A stretch of 64,000 nucleotides of DNA from Vermamoeba vermiformis (lineage: Eukaryota), in assembly GCA_045837725.1 (NCBI GenBank), contig JBEWZL010000184.1:434001-498000 (forward strand). The letters run 5' to 3'. The notes below the pieces were generated by a model. The model was given only the letters and a program-made list of their open reading frames with translations. It ran no database searches and was not told the DNA's origin. Position numbers and translations under genes: made by a program. Of this stretch, positions 26,361 to 43,009 are shown one piece after another; position 1 is the first letter of the stretch; each line of letters begins with the position of its first letter.

Positions 26361-27804
26361 TTTATATAGGGCTCTATAATAAATAAAGCTGTTAATAATT
26401 GATTGAGTTGGAAGGGATAGACTTTGCAATAATTTCTTACTTACGTATTCTTTCTGAAACCTCGTGTGGTACTCTGTTTCGAGTTTAAGAATTATTAATG
26501 TGATCGATGCCAAACTAACTATTTATCTTTCACAACATAACCTCAAAAGACGTGTGGTAAACAATTCAAAAAGTTGAAAAGTTAAATTTGCCTCTCGATA
26601 ACGAAAACTCGAATAAGTTTGGCAAGTTTGATATTGTCGACAAGCTTTTCATATACTACTTAAACGTTTTAAAGTATTGTTGCATAATTACCTCGCTATC
26701 GCGTCATTTTATGCAGCTTGCTTGACTCCGATCTGCATCCAAATCATCGCGGCTGTACCTTTGCTCTAACTATGATGCTAACGCCTGTTACGAGGCATAA
26801 GTAACCTATAGATGATCAGAAATTATTAGTATACTTGTTTGTATAAGCGAGATTGCGATTCAGATATACTAAAAATAGTAGCAAAGTTCTAAAGTGACAC
26901 GCGGAAAAGACGGAACAACAGCTGGATCTGTTTTTGAACTGACGGCAGGCTGTCAAAATATGCAACAATATAAAGCGTATCATAGTCTCCCGGCTACATC
27001 GAGGTATATTTTTCCGCCGCCATTGCTATACCCTACTTTTTTTGACACGTGCGAATGCTTACAAAGCAACATGAGCAATATAATATTGTTGCATGGGATG
27101 CGATCATATTAATTATATGAAGTAACGGTTCAATTTATACTTTGGCAGTAACACCGGACTTTATAAGTATAATTTTTCTCTGCAACAGCAGAAATAGCAA
27201 ATTTTAAGGATTTAACAATAAATTTCAGCCTGTTTCGGAGGTTCTCCCTAAAATTTATTGGCATGTCGCTTAAATAATTAAATTAAGGCAACTCCGGAGT
27301 TATCGTAATCGTTAAATTAGCCGCAGGCCGCTTCCGACCTTTAAAATATAAATCTAATTGAATAATAGCAAGGCTAGTATCAAACTACCGCAAAAATGAA
27401 GTTTTAACAAAACGATCTCCTAGGAGAACGTACCTGACAATATAGCTAAATGAGCACGTGATTCTAACTGATAGGTCTCCTTCTCGATTCATGCAAAGGG
27501 CACACTATAGAGTTAAAATAATTAACTAATTTCTTTAGATCAAATGTTTGTTTGCCGCCAAAAATTATTTAAATTAATTACTCTTAATTACGGACGAATA
27601 TTAAAAATAGCATTAAGGTCTGCAATATTTTGCGTCTGAAATTATTATTTTAATTAATTTTGTAGCTTACAAGAGGTGCATTCTCTGTCTGCAGAGTTCA
27701 TCTAGTCTGTCTTATCTCGCCATTCCGTTGCGTTGGGTGATAGAAAGCTAAATTTTATAGTTTCATTATAACACTGGCCGCTTGGTGGTACACGTTGAAA
27801 ACTT

Positions 27805-29682
27805 TTAATGAATTTGATCTATTTGCTGGTATTCCTTCTTGCGTCTATTAACAACGAAGATAATCATTCCTATTATAGCCGCCACGGGTACGACACTAAC
27901 TAGAGCGCCTGCTATAATCATTTCCATCGGTAACCCGCTGGATGTTGATCCGTTTTCAGGAGACGAGGCGGGAGTCGTCTCAGGAGTTCCCTGGACAGGT
28001 TCTAATTGTAGAGGAGGTTCAATATGCTGAGGTGGCGCTATATGAACGCTGCAATCGACTGACCCAAAGCCAGGATTGCAATCGCAAGTGCCCATCTGTT
28101 CGCCGTCGGTATTGCAAACTCCTTGCTCACTGCAATTATTGGCGCATATCGCTACATACATATTATTAACGAAAATACTACTATTAGCGCTTATAATCAA
28201 CTTACATCCATGCCAGAGAGCGAAATCATAATTTTCAGTTACGTTGTTAGGTGCTCGTACGCCAATATACCAGTAGCCAGAGTAGCGCACGTTGATATCA
28301 ATCTGATTGACAGCACAATACTGCGTTGAGCATCCAACAAAGTCGTGCTGCTGTTCGTCAGGAATATTTGACCAGCGGACGTACACGAGCGGATTTGGAT
28401 TGCTTGGGTTGACAGCAGCCACCGAGAAGGCCAAACGAGACGACTTATCATTGCTGCTAGTCACTTTGATTCTATAATAAGTCATTGAGGAGCTTGCTGT
28501 GCCAGTAGCATTTGAGTTGTGGATGTGTTTAGTTCTGTGACTGGATTCGAACACGTTGGGCCAGCAAAGGACGCGTTGCAAACTAATAACCCAAAATATA
28601 AATATTAAAATATAAAAATAAATGTAACGTACCTTCAATCGCGGACTGCAGAATGAAAAGTGTCTGATCTGTTTTTTGTAAAAGTTTTGCACTCAATAAA
28701 TAGAGACCAACTCCAGGATTGGTCATAGTCAGTTGACCATTTACTGAATTTCCATCGTTGAGATAGGTCTCATTGGCCTGCAAGAATGGATTGCCTTCCA
28801 GTCGACAACGTAGTTGTACGTTTGGATCTGTTGTCCACGTTATAGCGCTTGCAGTAACAGCCAGTGCCGTGGAGAACATATCGACTCCATTACCAAACCC
28901 TAAGGTATAGGTCTCGTTACTGGGAGTGGAAATTATCACTGGAGCCACATCACAATTTTGTCCTAAGGAAATTTGAAGGCACGCCACAGCAACCGCATTG
29001 AAAGTCAGCCGCACGGAGTTATTTAGGGGAAGAGGATTAATAAAAGAAGCTCCTAACGCATAAGCAGTTGAGCGTAAAATCCAGGAAAGAGATGGCATTG
29101 ATTTTCCTGGAACTCCTGGCCGTATTTCGTGATACTCTGAGCAAGTATCTGCACTCCAGCGAGACGGGTGAGCAAACTATGCAATATGACAAGTTAGTTC
29201 GAGAACCAAAATATTAGACCTGACGTACTCCTTGCTGAGATAAGCAGATCCTCAAGCCATACGCGAACACTTCGGTATTATTCGGTATAAATAAAGTTAC
29301 TGGCGAGACCAAGCTGGGTATAACAAAGTCGCTGTTGCATTGCCATTCAGAGTTGGAGACAGTCGCGGTGCAGTTTGCATTCCAAGGAACTAGAATAAAT
29401 TTTTTGTTAGATATTTTATATGAATATCGCGTGTAATAAGTCGTGGTTTATATCAAATAAATACAAGATAAAATAAATATAAAATTGTATTTTAATATCT
29501 CTTGCAGAATCTCGACCACAAATATTGTCGTGATTCATTACACGTTAACTATTTATTTCTGGTTTTATTTGAAAATATTAAGTAATTCTAGCGTGTTGGA
29601 TCATGATTATTTATTTAATTCTACCTGGTTGCGCAGTGGAAAACACGAATAAAAGTAATATTGCAAGAACTTGTTCTTTCAT
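27805..29682 (-). CDS. EGF-like domain type I membrane protein
   Basis: Signal peptide MKEQVLAILLLFVFSTA. Beta-sandwich ectodomain (YWYIGV). EGF CANNCSEQGVC...CDCNPGFGSVDCS. TM followed by RRKKEYQQI. Confidence 0.8.
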
Positions 29683-29878
29683 GTTGCTGCGTTGCGAACA
29701 ATGCAAAAAAATAATGGGGTATATCTAAAAATTCTTTTGGTTGACACGTGTCACTAATTTTTTCACGTGACATGTCAACCCAAAAAAAAGTTGTGCTGAG
29801 GTTTTCATGTCCTCGTAGACCATAAAGATATTCTATTTACTTCAAAGAGATAACCGCAGCGGACAACACGCTTTGCTT

Positions 29879-32800
29879 CTACACGTTAAAGTTGATAATT
29901 TTGACGGAATTGTTCATCAATCCAACGAGCACAAAGTTGTCTTTGACAATCATGCACTTCGGTCCAGCAGTCAATGGCACGACGTACAGCGGTGTTTCAG
30001 GACGACGCACATCCCACACTTCAACTGCGCTCTTCTTGTCCAGCACTCCTGCAAACACAAGGTGACCCTTGGTTCCGAGAGACAAGTACTTAAGTGAGAT
30101 TAAGTTAGTCAAAGTGACCGGATATCCGCGAGTATAAATTTTATGTTTTTTTACCTGACGCGCCATTGGAGACCAGCTGCCCTTTGATGCTTCAGGCTGT
30201 TCAGAGAATCGTGCGAGTTGCTTGCCGGTCAAAATGTCCCAAGCGAACAACTCAGAATTCGAGGACGATACGATAATCATTGCGTCTTCATCAATTGCAA
30301 CATGATCGATAGACATTCCCGTGTGTGCTTTCTTGTGACGCCACAGGGACTTGCCAGTACTGACTTCGAAACACTCGATCAACTTCGAGGCACTGCCAAC
30401 TGCGTACTTCTTGCCCAATGTCAAATAAGTGGCGTAACCTTGCCCTAAAGAATAACACAGTTATTACCGAAGTCACCATATGACACGTGTCAAAGTGTCA
30501 TTTGAAGAAAGTAGAGTGTCTGAGACACGTAACAATGTGAAAGATATTACGTGTCAAAATGTCAAACTAAGTGTCATCATACCTTCACTTTCAGCGATCT
30601 TAGTCTTGGTGTTGACATCATAGAATCGAACCTTAGTGTCACCATTGGCACCAGTGCCAGTGATCGCAATGTTATCTTGCAACAACACCGTGTATGAGCT
30701 CTTGCCTTCAACGAACGACCACAGCTCTTGACCGGTCTTCCAGTTGTACAGCGCATACGTGTTGTAATTGGCTGTCAATGCGAGATCGCCACTGACACTC
30801 AAATCTAAACGAGTGTTAATTACCATATAAGGAAAAATGAGTTAAAAAAAATACCTCGAACTGAAGGCGCGATTTGACGCTCTTCGTCAGTTTCGAAATT
30901 TCGGGCCAACAAACGACCCGAGCCCATGTGATACAACAACGTTTTGTCTTTCGAGACCACTGTCAAGTCTAGGACTTTATTGCCTTCGTACTCATCCCCG
31001 TCAACTTTCTTAACGGTAATAGTCTGTTTCGATCAACGGTAAGTAATTGTATATCGCCTTATTAGGCGTCATTTACCTTTTTCAAAGTACCGCTCTTAAC
31101 GTCCACGCAAGAGATGTGATAGGCCAAATCACCTACGAAGAGCAGGCCAGTTTGAGGATCGAAATCCATGCTCGAGACACCACTACCACAATGTAAGTAT
31201 AATCATCGATTATAATATAAAAATAAGATATGTATGTGGTGGATCTCGTCAATATTGAAATTTATATTGAATTTTTATATAATCTTACGCGTGATGAGGA
31301 TTGGCATAGCCCTCAATTTCTTTGGGATTTTCAATTCCAGGAATCAATGACAATTCCTTGCTCAAGAGAACACCTAAAAGTGACACGTGTCAAAAGGGTG
31401 TTCGTGACACTAACCAATGAAATTTACCTTTGCGCATGTTCACTTGAGTATGCCACTTCAAAGCGAGTTCCTTTTTAGGACTTTGAGTCTTTGCATCAAT
31501 TCCGTACTCGCGCGCAAGTTGCACTTTCCAAATATGGCTATTGTCACTCCACTGTTTGAACTGTCTGCACACCATCGAGAACGACACCAAATCCTTCACG
31601 TTGACATGAACGAGGATCGAGGCCACGACTTCCGTCGCTAACTTGAAAAACAACGACGTTTGATTGGTGTTCAAGTCGTACTTTGACGTGTCAACTTCGT
31701 GACATTCGTAACCTCGTTCAAGTTTTACTATAATAGTACGGAACGTTAGGACATAAGACTTTAACAAGCCACATATATTTGCATTTTTTACTTACTAATA
31801 GCTTCGGGCTGTAATTTTGCAAATTCAGAAATCAGCACCCCCTTTGATGCGGCACCGAGCAAGTCACCGTTGAGCAGCAACGCAAGTCCCTAGCATTATC
31901 AAGTTATTGTTAGTCTTATATATAAGGACCTTTGTTATTCAATACCTCGTTATTAGACTTCTTAGCGACATCAGCGGGAGTTTCACCGGCATTGTTTTTC
32001 TCGCTCATCCATTTTTTCAACGACTCAATGTCGGCTGTGCAATGTTACATTTTAGCAGCGGAATAATAAAGAGATAATAGAGATATTACCTTGTTTGGTA
32101 ATCAAGGCAAGCAGCTTCTCGCCAGCATCTTTCAATGAGCAGGCCACATGCACCAAGTTGTTTCCGTCTTTGTCTTTCACCTCCAAATGAGCACCATTGC
32201 GAATCTGATTCGCACGTTAATTAATTAATTCATGAAGTCTGCAAATTAACTTTGCACTTACGAGAATTTTAGCGGCCTCAAGGTTTTCTTGCGCAAGTGC
32301 GAACATCAATGGCGTTTGATTGTTGCTACTGAGTGCGTTCACGTCAGCTTTGTACTTAAGCAACAACTCGACATTAGGTGTCAAGTCCTCGGCAGGCTCG
32401 TAATCATTGGGCGGTTCGAGCACTTTGCAAGCGAGGTGCAATGCTGTCAAACCATCGGCGTTCTTTGCATTTACATCGATGACACCTGTCAAAAATGTCA
32501 TAAAAACATTCTTGGTGAACGTTTAAATGAATAATTGTCCTACCTTTTTGCAACACGTATTCGAGGATGTCGGTCATAGCAGCATCCATCATCAAATGCA
32601 ACAAAGTGTTGCCTTCAATGTTGACAGTCAACGACGCTCCGAAGCTTTCAACCAACTAATAAACAATAATTAATAAAGGCCGAATATTTTTAGTGCCGGA
32701 AATTTCCTACCTTGAAAACTTCAACGTTTTGGGCTTGCAACAGGGGAATTTGGGTCGGAGCTAAAAGAAAGTCAGTTTAAGTTGGGCTTATGAGTCGAAT

Positions 32801-34486
32801 TTACCCTCAGGAGGAGCTACGTTAAAGTCCAAACCGTGCTTGCCGAGTACTTGAACGGTCTCGCCAATGTCAGCAAGTGCGTCTTGGAACTTTTGTTGCA
32901 CTTGTTCTTGTTGCTCCCAAGACAGGCGCTAAAATTAAACCCGTTAATAACCTTATATATATTATACATAGTAATGCATATTGTATTCTTACTTCACCAC
33001 CGGTATCGATGTTCGGAGCTCCCATTGCAATTGTAACAAGAGATCGACCTAAAATTTAAATTTAAGTAGGCTATTTATATACGGCTCTTTCGTAATATAT
33101 ATACCTCTGTAAGTCTTTTTAATATCAGCTCCGAGCTCGACAAGCTTCTCAATGGCATGTGCAACCTTGTTACGGCACGCAATAAAAATTTCGTCGAGGT
33201 CAAGGTTTGAAGGCTTGGCTCCCTTTTCTATAATAAAAAGAGCATTAGTCTTGCATATGAATAGTGAGTACTAGGCACCTACCAAACAAAAGATCGATAA
33301 TAGGCAATTCACGGCGCCACAAAGCGAGAATCAAAGGCGTCAACTTCTCGTCTCCGTAGCCATTGACATCGGCTCCTGCTTCGAGCAACAAATTGACAAA
33401 TTCGATTTTGTCAGCTAAGATAAAAATACATTATTGGCATTACTATAATATCATTGAACTCGCCTATCCGCCAAGACAGGTGTCAAAAAAGTCTCAAATC
33501 TGGATCTTGAAGGACTTACTCGCAACGGCAGCACACAAAGGAGGGTTGAAAAAAGGCTTTTCGGGAGTTGAATTCAACACGATTGGTTGAATTTTTTGCG
33601 TAAGAAGGTACTTGACGATGTCAACATTGTTTTGGGACATGGCAACGTTGATGGCCAAATCACCGTTAGGAGACTCGAAATTGACGTCCGCTCCTTTTTT
33701 CAATAACATCTCAATGGTTTCTATATAGGAATTCGTTAGTTAAATAAAACTTCAAAAGCCGGATGTAGATCTTACCGATGTTTCCTCCACGAACAGCCCA
33801 ACTAATTGCATTGCCGACCTCAGCGCCGCGCTCGATAAGACGATTGGCAATATGGATATTATTAGACATTAGGGCTTGCAATAGAGGTGTTTTGTTCCAA
33901 CTGTCAAGCGCCTCTTTGTTGTAGCCTGCATCCAGCAAAATATCCAAAACCTCTGAAATTTCGCAATGAAATTAGGAAAAAATTGTTAAACGCTGATAAT
34001 TTATCGGCGCTGTGCGTATTTGTTCTAACCTGTTGAAAATTTTGGGTGCTGAGCTACAACGTGGAGAGCCGTCATGTTCCCGAAGATCTGATTAACAAAA
34101 CCAACCGGACTCTCAGCAACATATTGTTTTACTGTCAAAATATTAGTAAGAGCAATATGGTTGCTTATGATCGGTGTAGCATCACTTGTAACGATAAATT
34201 TATTTCCGATCGATTAAAAAATAATAACGAGATCGAGAAAGACTCACCTTTTTCAATATCAATTGGTTCTGGTCCGCTTGAATATTTTATCAAATAGTCA
34301 AACAAAGGGCCCGAGTTCATTTTGGGCACTTTTTCTTTTATCATTTGACCGTTTACAAAGGTGACCATAACGCCTTTTCAAACAATAGAATTAATTAAGC
34401 GAAAAATATAACAAATTTATTAATTATTTACCTCCTCCTGCTTCCATTTCATCATCAGATGAGTTGATATTTGTTACTTGTTGCAT
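29879..34486 (-). CDS. Ankyrin-repeat + F-box + WD40 protein
   Basis: Many ankyrin repeats (KTPLLQAL, GLTALHLAC, QTPLMFAL, GNTLLHLM). These splice in frame into an F-box (FFKLATEVVASILVHV...SMVCRQFKQWSDNSHIW) and WD40 repeats (AWDI, VWDV). Start MQQVTN at 34486. Confidence 0.8.
30481..30500. repeat. TGACACGTGTCA palindrome, extended 20-mer form (intronic)
   Basis: Reverse complement of the 20-mer at 4498 and 50205; further TGTCA half-sites at ~30550-30576. Confidence 0.85.
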
Positions 34487-34819
34487 TTGTGACCGGAACT
34501 ACGAGAAGCGTTGTATTGATCGAGCAGAGATAACAATAATTAACGCTGGCATAGATTTTTTGCTTAGACGAACGGCGTAAAAATAGGATTGGAATCACAC
34601 CTGTCAGAAAAAATGGAGATTAAATCGAACTGGGACTCACCGACAGTCCCAAAAGCGTTACTATCCTATGCACGTGCATGTAGCAACGTCCGGGGTCAAG
34701 GATGCAGATATTATCTTTGGCCTAAGCAAGAATTTCCGGTAATTTCAAAATAGTTCGGATCTCAACCCAAATGTGATCGGTTTTAAACAAAGTTTGGTCT
34801 GTTAGCGCTATTAATTGCT

Positions 34820-36314
34820 TTATTCGGCTGTTCTTTTGTTTCTGTCGCGATACTTCAACGCTGACCGCTTCATTTGTTCGTAGAATACAAAAGTTAAAGT
34901 GAAATGTGGTCCGAGACGAAGGAATGACGTCAAAAATCCTATTAAATAATAGTACTTAGTAAGAAATGACATTTATGAAAGTTATCACGACGACCAAATA
35001 TGTAGGCTCGAAGAGAAAATGCTATGTACGAGCTGCAGATCCACTTACCTTTGTACAAGGCTAAAAATCCTTCATATCGCACAATCTTCACGTAAGCATC
35101 GTATCCGTTCTTATATAATCCTTTTCCTTCTTTTGGTTGGTTGTAAATACGTGTTCGAACGACATCCGTTGGGTTCATGACGAAGGCAGTGATAAAACTC
35201 GAAATCAAGCCACAAACTGCGTCAGTGAATGAATTTTCTAAGAAAATAAATATTAGTCGTAATTTTAGCAAATAACGTTCGTCACGTAATTGCCCAACAT
35301 TACTAAAGTTCTTGATTAGCGTGTAATAACAGTGCCTATATTTACCTTTCATGTATTTCTTTTCCATTACTTGTTCTCTAAGCCAAGAATAGGAGGCTAA
35401 ATTAGCACCAGTGCCCAAAAATGATCGCATAGCTGACAGATCTGATCCTTTCCAAAGACTCTGAACACCCTCGTGCTTGATCATATGCCTAATTGCCTGA
35501 AATAGACCTTCGTATTGGTGTTGGTGACCCACTGCCGTGGTTGTGCTGCTCGTGGCTGCCTGCATCCGTGTTTTCACTACTTCGAAGGGGTTACACGCAA
35601 CAGCTCCCATAACACCACTAATAGAACCTATAAATGGATACTCGTAAGAATTTAATTGGTTTGCTGTGACAGCTATCCTTAAGGTCTAGATCTAGCGCAA
35701 CACGTATGCACGGATTTGGATCTAAACCGATTGGAACTAGAATTCAATTCTCTTACCTGCAATGAATCTTTTCCATATTGGTGGTGCTTTGTGTTCTTTC
35801 TCGCGGTCATGAATGAAATTAATAATGGGATCAAACATGCCGATCCGGAAAATATTTTTGGATCCCTCGCGTAAAATAGCTGGAGGTAAGCCCTTTTGAA
35901 GCCCTTTAATGCCCTCATTTTTGTAGATCTTCACCATGCAATCGAGCGAATTTTTGTAAATTTGTTCATTTTTTTGGAGTTGCAATCTGACCTGATTAGG
36001 TAGAATAGTTAGATCACGTATCTTAAGCGAGTATTAAATCATAAAATAATTATTTCATAATTATCCAACGAAAATCTTCGCATTCTAATCGGTGCTACCA
36101 GATTTCTAGATCACGCAAAGTCTGATCTCACTCCGTTATACATTAAATTAATAATTTTTATTCAGGTAATTATTTATTTAATGATTATTACCTTAGCAGT
36201 ATCAAAAGGATTTGTGAAAAGAACCGCGAACTGTGGTGCAATCGTGGAGAACAAGAAGTTCTGCCAGGCCGGCAGCTGCGCTGTAGCGGCTCGCTTCTTG
36301 TCGACCGTGCTCAT
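34820..36314 (-). CDS. OAC1: Mitochondrial carrier, oxaloacetate carrier OAC1/SLC25A34-35-like
   Basis: Three PxDxxKxR signatures (NPFDTAKVR, NPFEVVKTR, NPTDVVRTR). GLQKGLPPAILRE, VGHQHQY and RLGPHFTLTF are typical of OAC1. Confidence 0.85.
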
Positions 36315-36560
36315 CGAGCTATTTGACAGATATCTTTTCGATCGGAGTTCGCACAAAACAGTCAGTGGTGTGAGTTCACGGCACGTGCTCGATCCGATTT
36401 AAATCTTGAGTAACTTTAATTTTCATCAAGCCCTTGCGTTGTCGATCCATATATCGACTCTACTTATGCTTTACCTGAAAATTGCGCTTCGGAATTCTCA
36501 CAAGGCTCCAACTTCAAATTCCGTTAAAATTACCAAGCAGGAGATTATTAACAGACAATC

Positions 36561-37202
36561 ATGTCAGAAGCACCACCGCAACAACGCACAACTCAACGAT
36601 CACTGCCTCCGTTTGAGCACATTAACTACAGCGGCGGAGGAGTGCTGCTCTATGCGTATCAAGAGCAAAAAGACGGAAGTAAAAGAGCTTATTTATTGCT
36701 TGGCCAAGAGCGCGAATTAAGCTATGATGACTTCGGAGGCAGCAGAGGAAAAGGAGAGCGACATCCGATCTTAACTGCGGCAAGAGAATTTTTTGAGGAA
36801 TCGATTGGAGCGATTTATAATTTAGAAGAAATTACAGAGAAAATATTGGCAAGTAAAGCCTTTATTTTCGAAGCCAACTTTTATCAATACTGGGTCGAGA
36901 TCCCTTTTGATGATCGCATTCTCGATAATTTCGCCAAAGTCAGAAAGGAAAAAGAGCCAACTGCTACCAGATACGAGTTAGAAAAGCAACAGCTGAGGTG
37001 GTTTGCCGTAGAAAATATTCGAAAATCTGTTCAAGAATTCATTAAAAGGATACCCGATCCGAACGAAGACGGCAAAAAATCAGATCCATTTAGAAAACCG
37101 TTGTTCTGTGAAGAATACGTAATGAGAAAGCACTTGATCAAAACTATGTCGAAAGCCGAACAAACAGGCGTGTTAGAGAAGCTCGAAAAGGGACTTTTGT
37201 AA
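36561..37202 (+). CDS. Nudix hydrolase (intronless)
   Basis: 213-aa ORF with a Nudix-box-like motif FGGSRGKGERHPILTAAREFFEESIG, plus GGGVLLY..LLLGQER and EKQQLRWF. Confidence 0.85.
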   Translation: MSEAPPQQRTTQRSLPPFEHINYSGGGVLLYAYQEQKDGSKRAYLLLGQERELSYDDFGGSRGKGERHPILTAAREFFEESIGAIYNLEEITEKILASKAFIFEANFYQYWVEIPFDDRILDNFAKVRKEKEPTATRYELEKQQLRWFAVENIRKSVQEFIKRIPDPNEDGKKSDPFRKPLFCEEYVMRKHLIKTMSKAEQTGVLEKLEKGLL

Positions 37203-37283
37203 CCGATCGAATTCCCAGATCAAACTGTACAAATAAAAACGAGCATCATCCACTAAAAAAATAATTTAATCTATATACATAAT

Positions 37284-38537
37284 TTAATCCATTTCAAATT
37301 GTGGCTCTAAACCTTTCGGCATCCTGTCGGAATCAAATATAAGTTCACTTTCTTAATTTAGTAATCGAAATCTTTGTTGGCTTACCATCGCAAATCTTTT
37401 TTCCAATCTAAATCACCTCCTAGCGTATTAATTAATGATTCTTTGCCAACGGCTTCGACCAACTCTGGTGACTTCTTTTGGTGGATCTGAACGGCATTGA
37501 AATGTGAGTATAAACTACCTTAGTACTTTAACTTTGTATGTTACGTACCCTCTTTATCATTTTCTTTTTAAATACGAGTCTTGCAAAGCCCAAAAGTACT
37601 TTAACAACCCAACCGCCGTTCGCAATATAAATATTTGATACTCTCGTCGGGAAATTGTTTTGCAGAGCCTCACTAAGTGGATACGAACAATTAATATTAT
37701 GTCTATGTATATTTTAGTCATATTGTACGACGTACCCCCATTTTTTGCCCTTGGAACTCATATCGAAATTAGCGAGACCACCACCCTTCATATCCTGAAT
37801 CATTGTAACGCCATTTCGGAACGTAGCAAGCCTAAGCATAATACTATCGTTAAAAACTATAGTTCAAAACGATAAATTATCGCGATGAACGTTAGAGTAC
37901 ACTTGTAACGGTTTTTCCTTTACGTTCATCTATTAACATTGGCGAATTTCAAGAAGTATTATTAAATATATGATTCATATGTCCTATTAAGAGAGAACCA
38001 CTTACGGTTGGTTGTCCCACAAGTCTTCCCAAAAGTAGAAAATGAAAAGCATCATTTGTTGGAATGAGTATTTTTTCGGGAGCCATCGAGAAAGTTGTAG
38101 GTGCAACACTAATCGACCATCTTTGTCGAGATGCGTCGGATAACATATTTGACTACCACCAGCGGCCATTTGAGGGTTCAAATCCGCGGCCGTAATTTTT
38201 TTGTTGTGATCGTAACCTAGTTCTCTTCGTAATTTCTGATAGGCGGATTATTAAGCTGAATATTTACTCGGAGCATTTGCAATTACCAGGTAATTTTTAA
38301 TCGTGTCGATAGTTCTTTCGAGATTGTGCTTTCGGCCGATCAGAAAAGCCAACAAATATTTGTCCGACAATACTTGGGCCTCGGGGTGCTTCTTGAGCTC
38401 TTGGAGCATCTGAAAATGTAAATTAAAAATTAATAAAATAAATTCCGAAAATTGAGAACCACATTGCGTACCTGCAACTCTTCTTCAAAAACGTGGTTTG
38501 GATCGTGTTCAGGAGTAAGTTTAAACTTCTCAGCCAT
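37284..38537 (-). CDS. CRAL-TRIO/Sec14 (alpha-tocopherol transfer protein-like) lipid-binding protein
   Basis: LSDKYLLAFLIGRK, QNNFPTRVSNIYIANG, LINTLGGDLD. Multi-exon; start MAEKFK at 38537. Confidence 0.85.
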
Positions 38538-38728
38538 ATCTGCTGTGTTAACGACTTCAATATGTTAGTAAACAATGGTTGCGTGAGATTGGATATTTAA
38601 GGAAAATTGGCGCGTGACGTCTTCCAACGGCTTAAGACGGATAATTTACCTTTTTTGTTTAAGTAATCGGCCACGTATGCACACCCTCTTAATAAGAATA
38701 TATATTACAGTTTATTAAATAAATAAGA

Positions 38729-41806
<3,078 letters not shown>

Positions 41807-42514
41807 GTTGTCGAAGAAGATCCGCAACGGTTGAATCAAAAAAAGGACGCTAAACAAAGGACACCTTCACTAGTTGTATTACAGTAATCCTTTTTTGCTG
41901 TTGTTGATGTCCCTCTTGTTGCAAGAGAAGAATAATGCTCTTGCGCCACCGATTTTGGATTTTTTTTGTGATCCCATTATTTTGAATTGTTTGAATAGTG
42001 CGCAACAACGTCATCTTTTCTTCTCACCTTAACTTATGGTGCAACGTAAGATCATTGTATAATCAAGGTAGAGCGAGTGGTTCCACGAGCAAGCTGGATG
42101 TTTACAAGCATGTGGATTTCTGCCGTATTTTAATAATGAGGTAATGTACTCTCCTAATAACTATCAAGATAGTAATGGTCGATATGAAAATATCTTTTTT
42201 GACGTCCCCAACCCCATTTCTAATTCTGTCTCCAATTTTACCTTTTTTTTCATTTTAACTTTTGAAGCTCTTAGCTTAAAATAACGTTGACGTAGTTAAT
42301 TATAATTAGGCACTAAATTTATAGAAGCATTGGAAGTAACGGCTATGTCAAAATTAACAAAAAGATACGCGTATGAATTCTGACCAGCGAACAAAAAAGC
42401 TAATTATGGATGATGCATACATGTTCGAACGAGTGGGCACCGAACCCACGGTTATTGGTCCTGGGTTCTGGTAATGACGCGGCGCCAAAAAATTGGCCGT
42501 TGGAGCAACGCCTA

Positions 42515-42587
42515 GCCCGCTTAGCTCAGTCGGTAGAGCGCACGGCTCTTAACCGTGTGGTCGTGGGTTCGAGCCCCACAGCGGGCG
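42515..42587 (+). tRNA. tRNA-Lys-CTT: tRNA-Lys (anticodon CTT)
   Basis: 73-nt cloverleaf: acceptor GCCCGCT/AGCGGGC, anticodon arm CACGG-CT-CTT-AA-CCGTG, T loop TTCGAGC, downstream T-tract. Confidence 0.97.
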
Positions 42588-42861
42588 TATTTCTTTTTTG
42601 CCTGCGCAAGCAACCGTAATTATCGGTCTAGACTATTTTTTCTTTTGGGTATTTGAACATCGACATAGAAATAATTTTTGTTGCCTTGAATTTTAATTAT
42701 TTACCCTTTCAAATAATAGAGGCCGTAAGCAGCTGCGCTTTACGATTGTGCCGCGTAAAACGTTGTATTCGATTGAAGCGGGTACGTCTTCTTGTACGCC
42801 AGTGGCTTTGTTTCTCTTTATTAATGGCGCTACCCCATCCCGCTCCGACGCCCCATCGCTG

Positions 42862-42934
42862 GCCCGCTTAGCTCAGTCGGTAGAGCGCTAGGCTTTTAAC
42901 CTAGTGGTCGGGGGTTCGAGCCCCCCAGCGGGCG
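42862..42934 (+). tRNA. tRNA-Lys-TTT: tRNA-Lys (anticodon TTT)
   Basis: 73-nt cloverleaf with the same acceptor and D arm; anticodon arm CTAGG-CT-TTT-AA-CCTAG; T-tract terminator. Confidence 0.97.
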
Positions 42935-43009
42935 CATTCTTTTTGCCTTGCTGGCAAACTGACGCTACCCGCGTCCGCTCTACAACCCGCACCATCCCTT
43001 CAAATCAGT

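Noticed and set aside
26400-27800. Longest intergenic gap, examined for an ncRNA, mobile element or gene (ORF 26894-27112)
   Set aside because: No recognisable motif, terminal repeat or coding signal; probably the GPCR upstream region.
42433-42449. Isolated T-arm/B-box-like hairpin (minus strand GTGGG-TTCGGTG-CCCAC) upstream of tRNA-Lys(CTT)
   Set aside because: No A box, D arm or acceptor stem could be built; at most a tRNA remnant.
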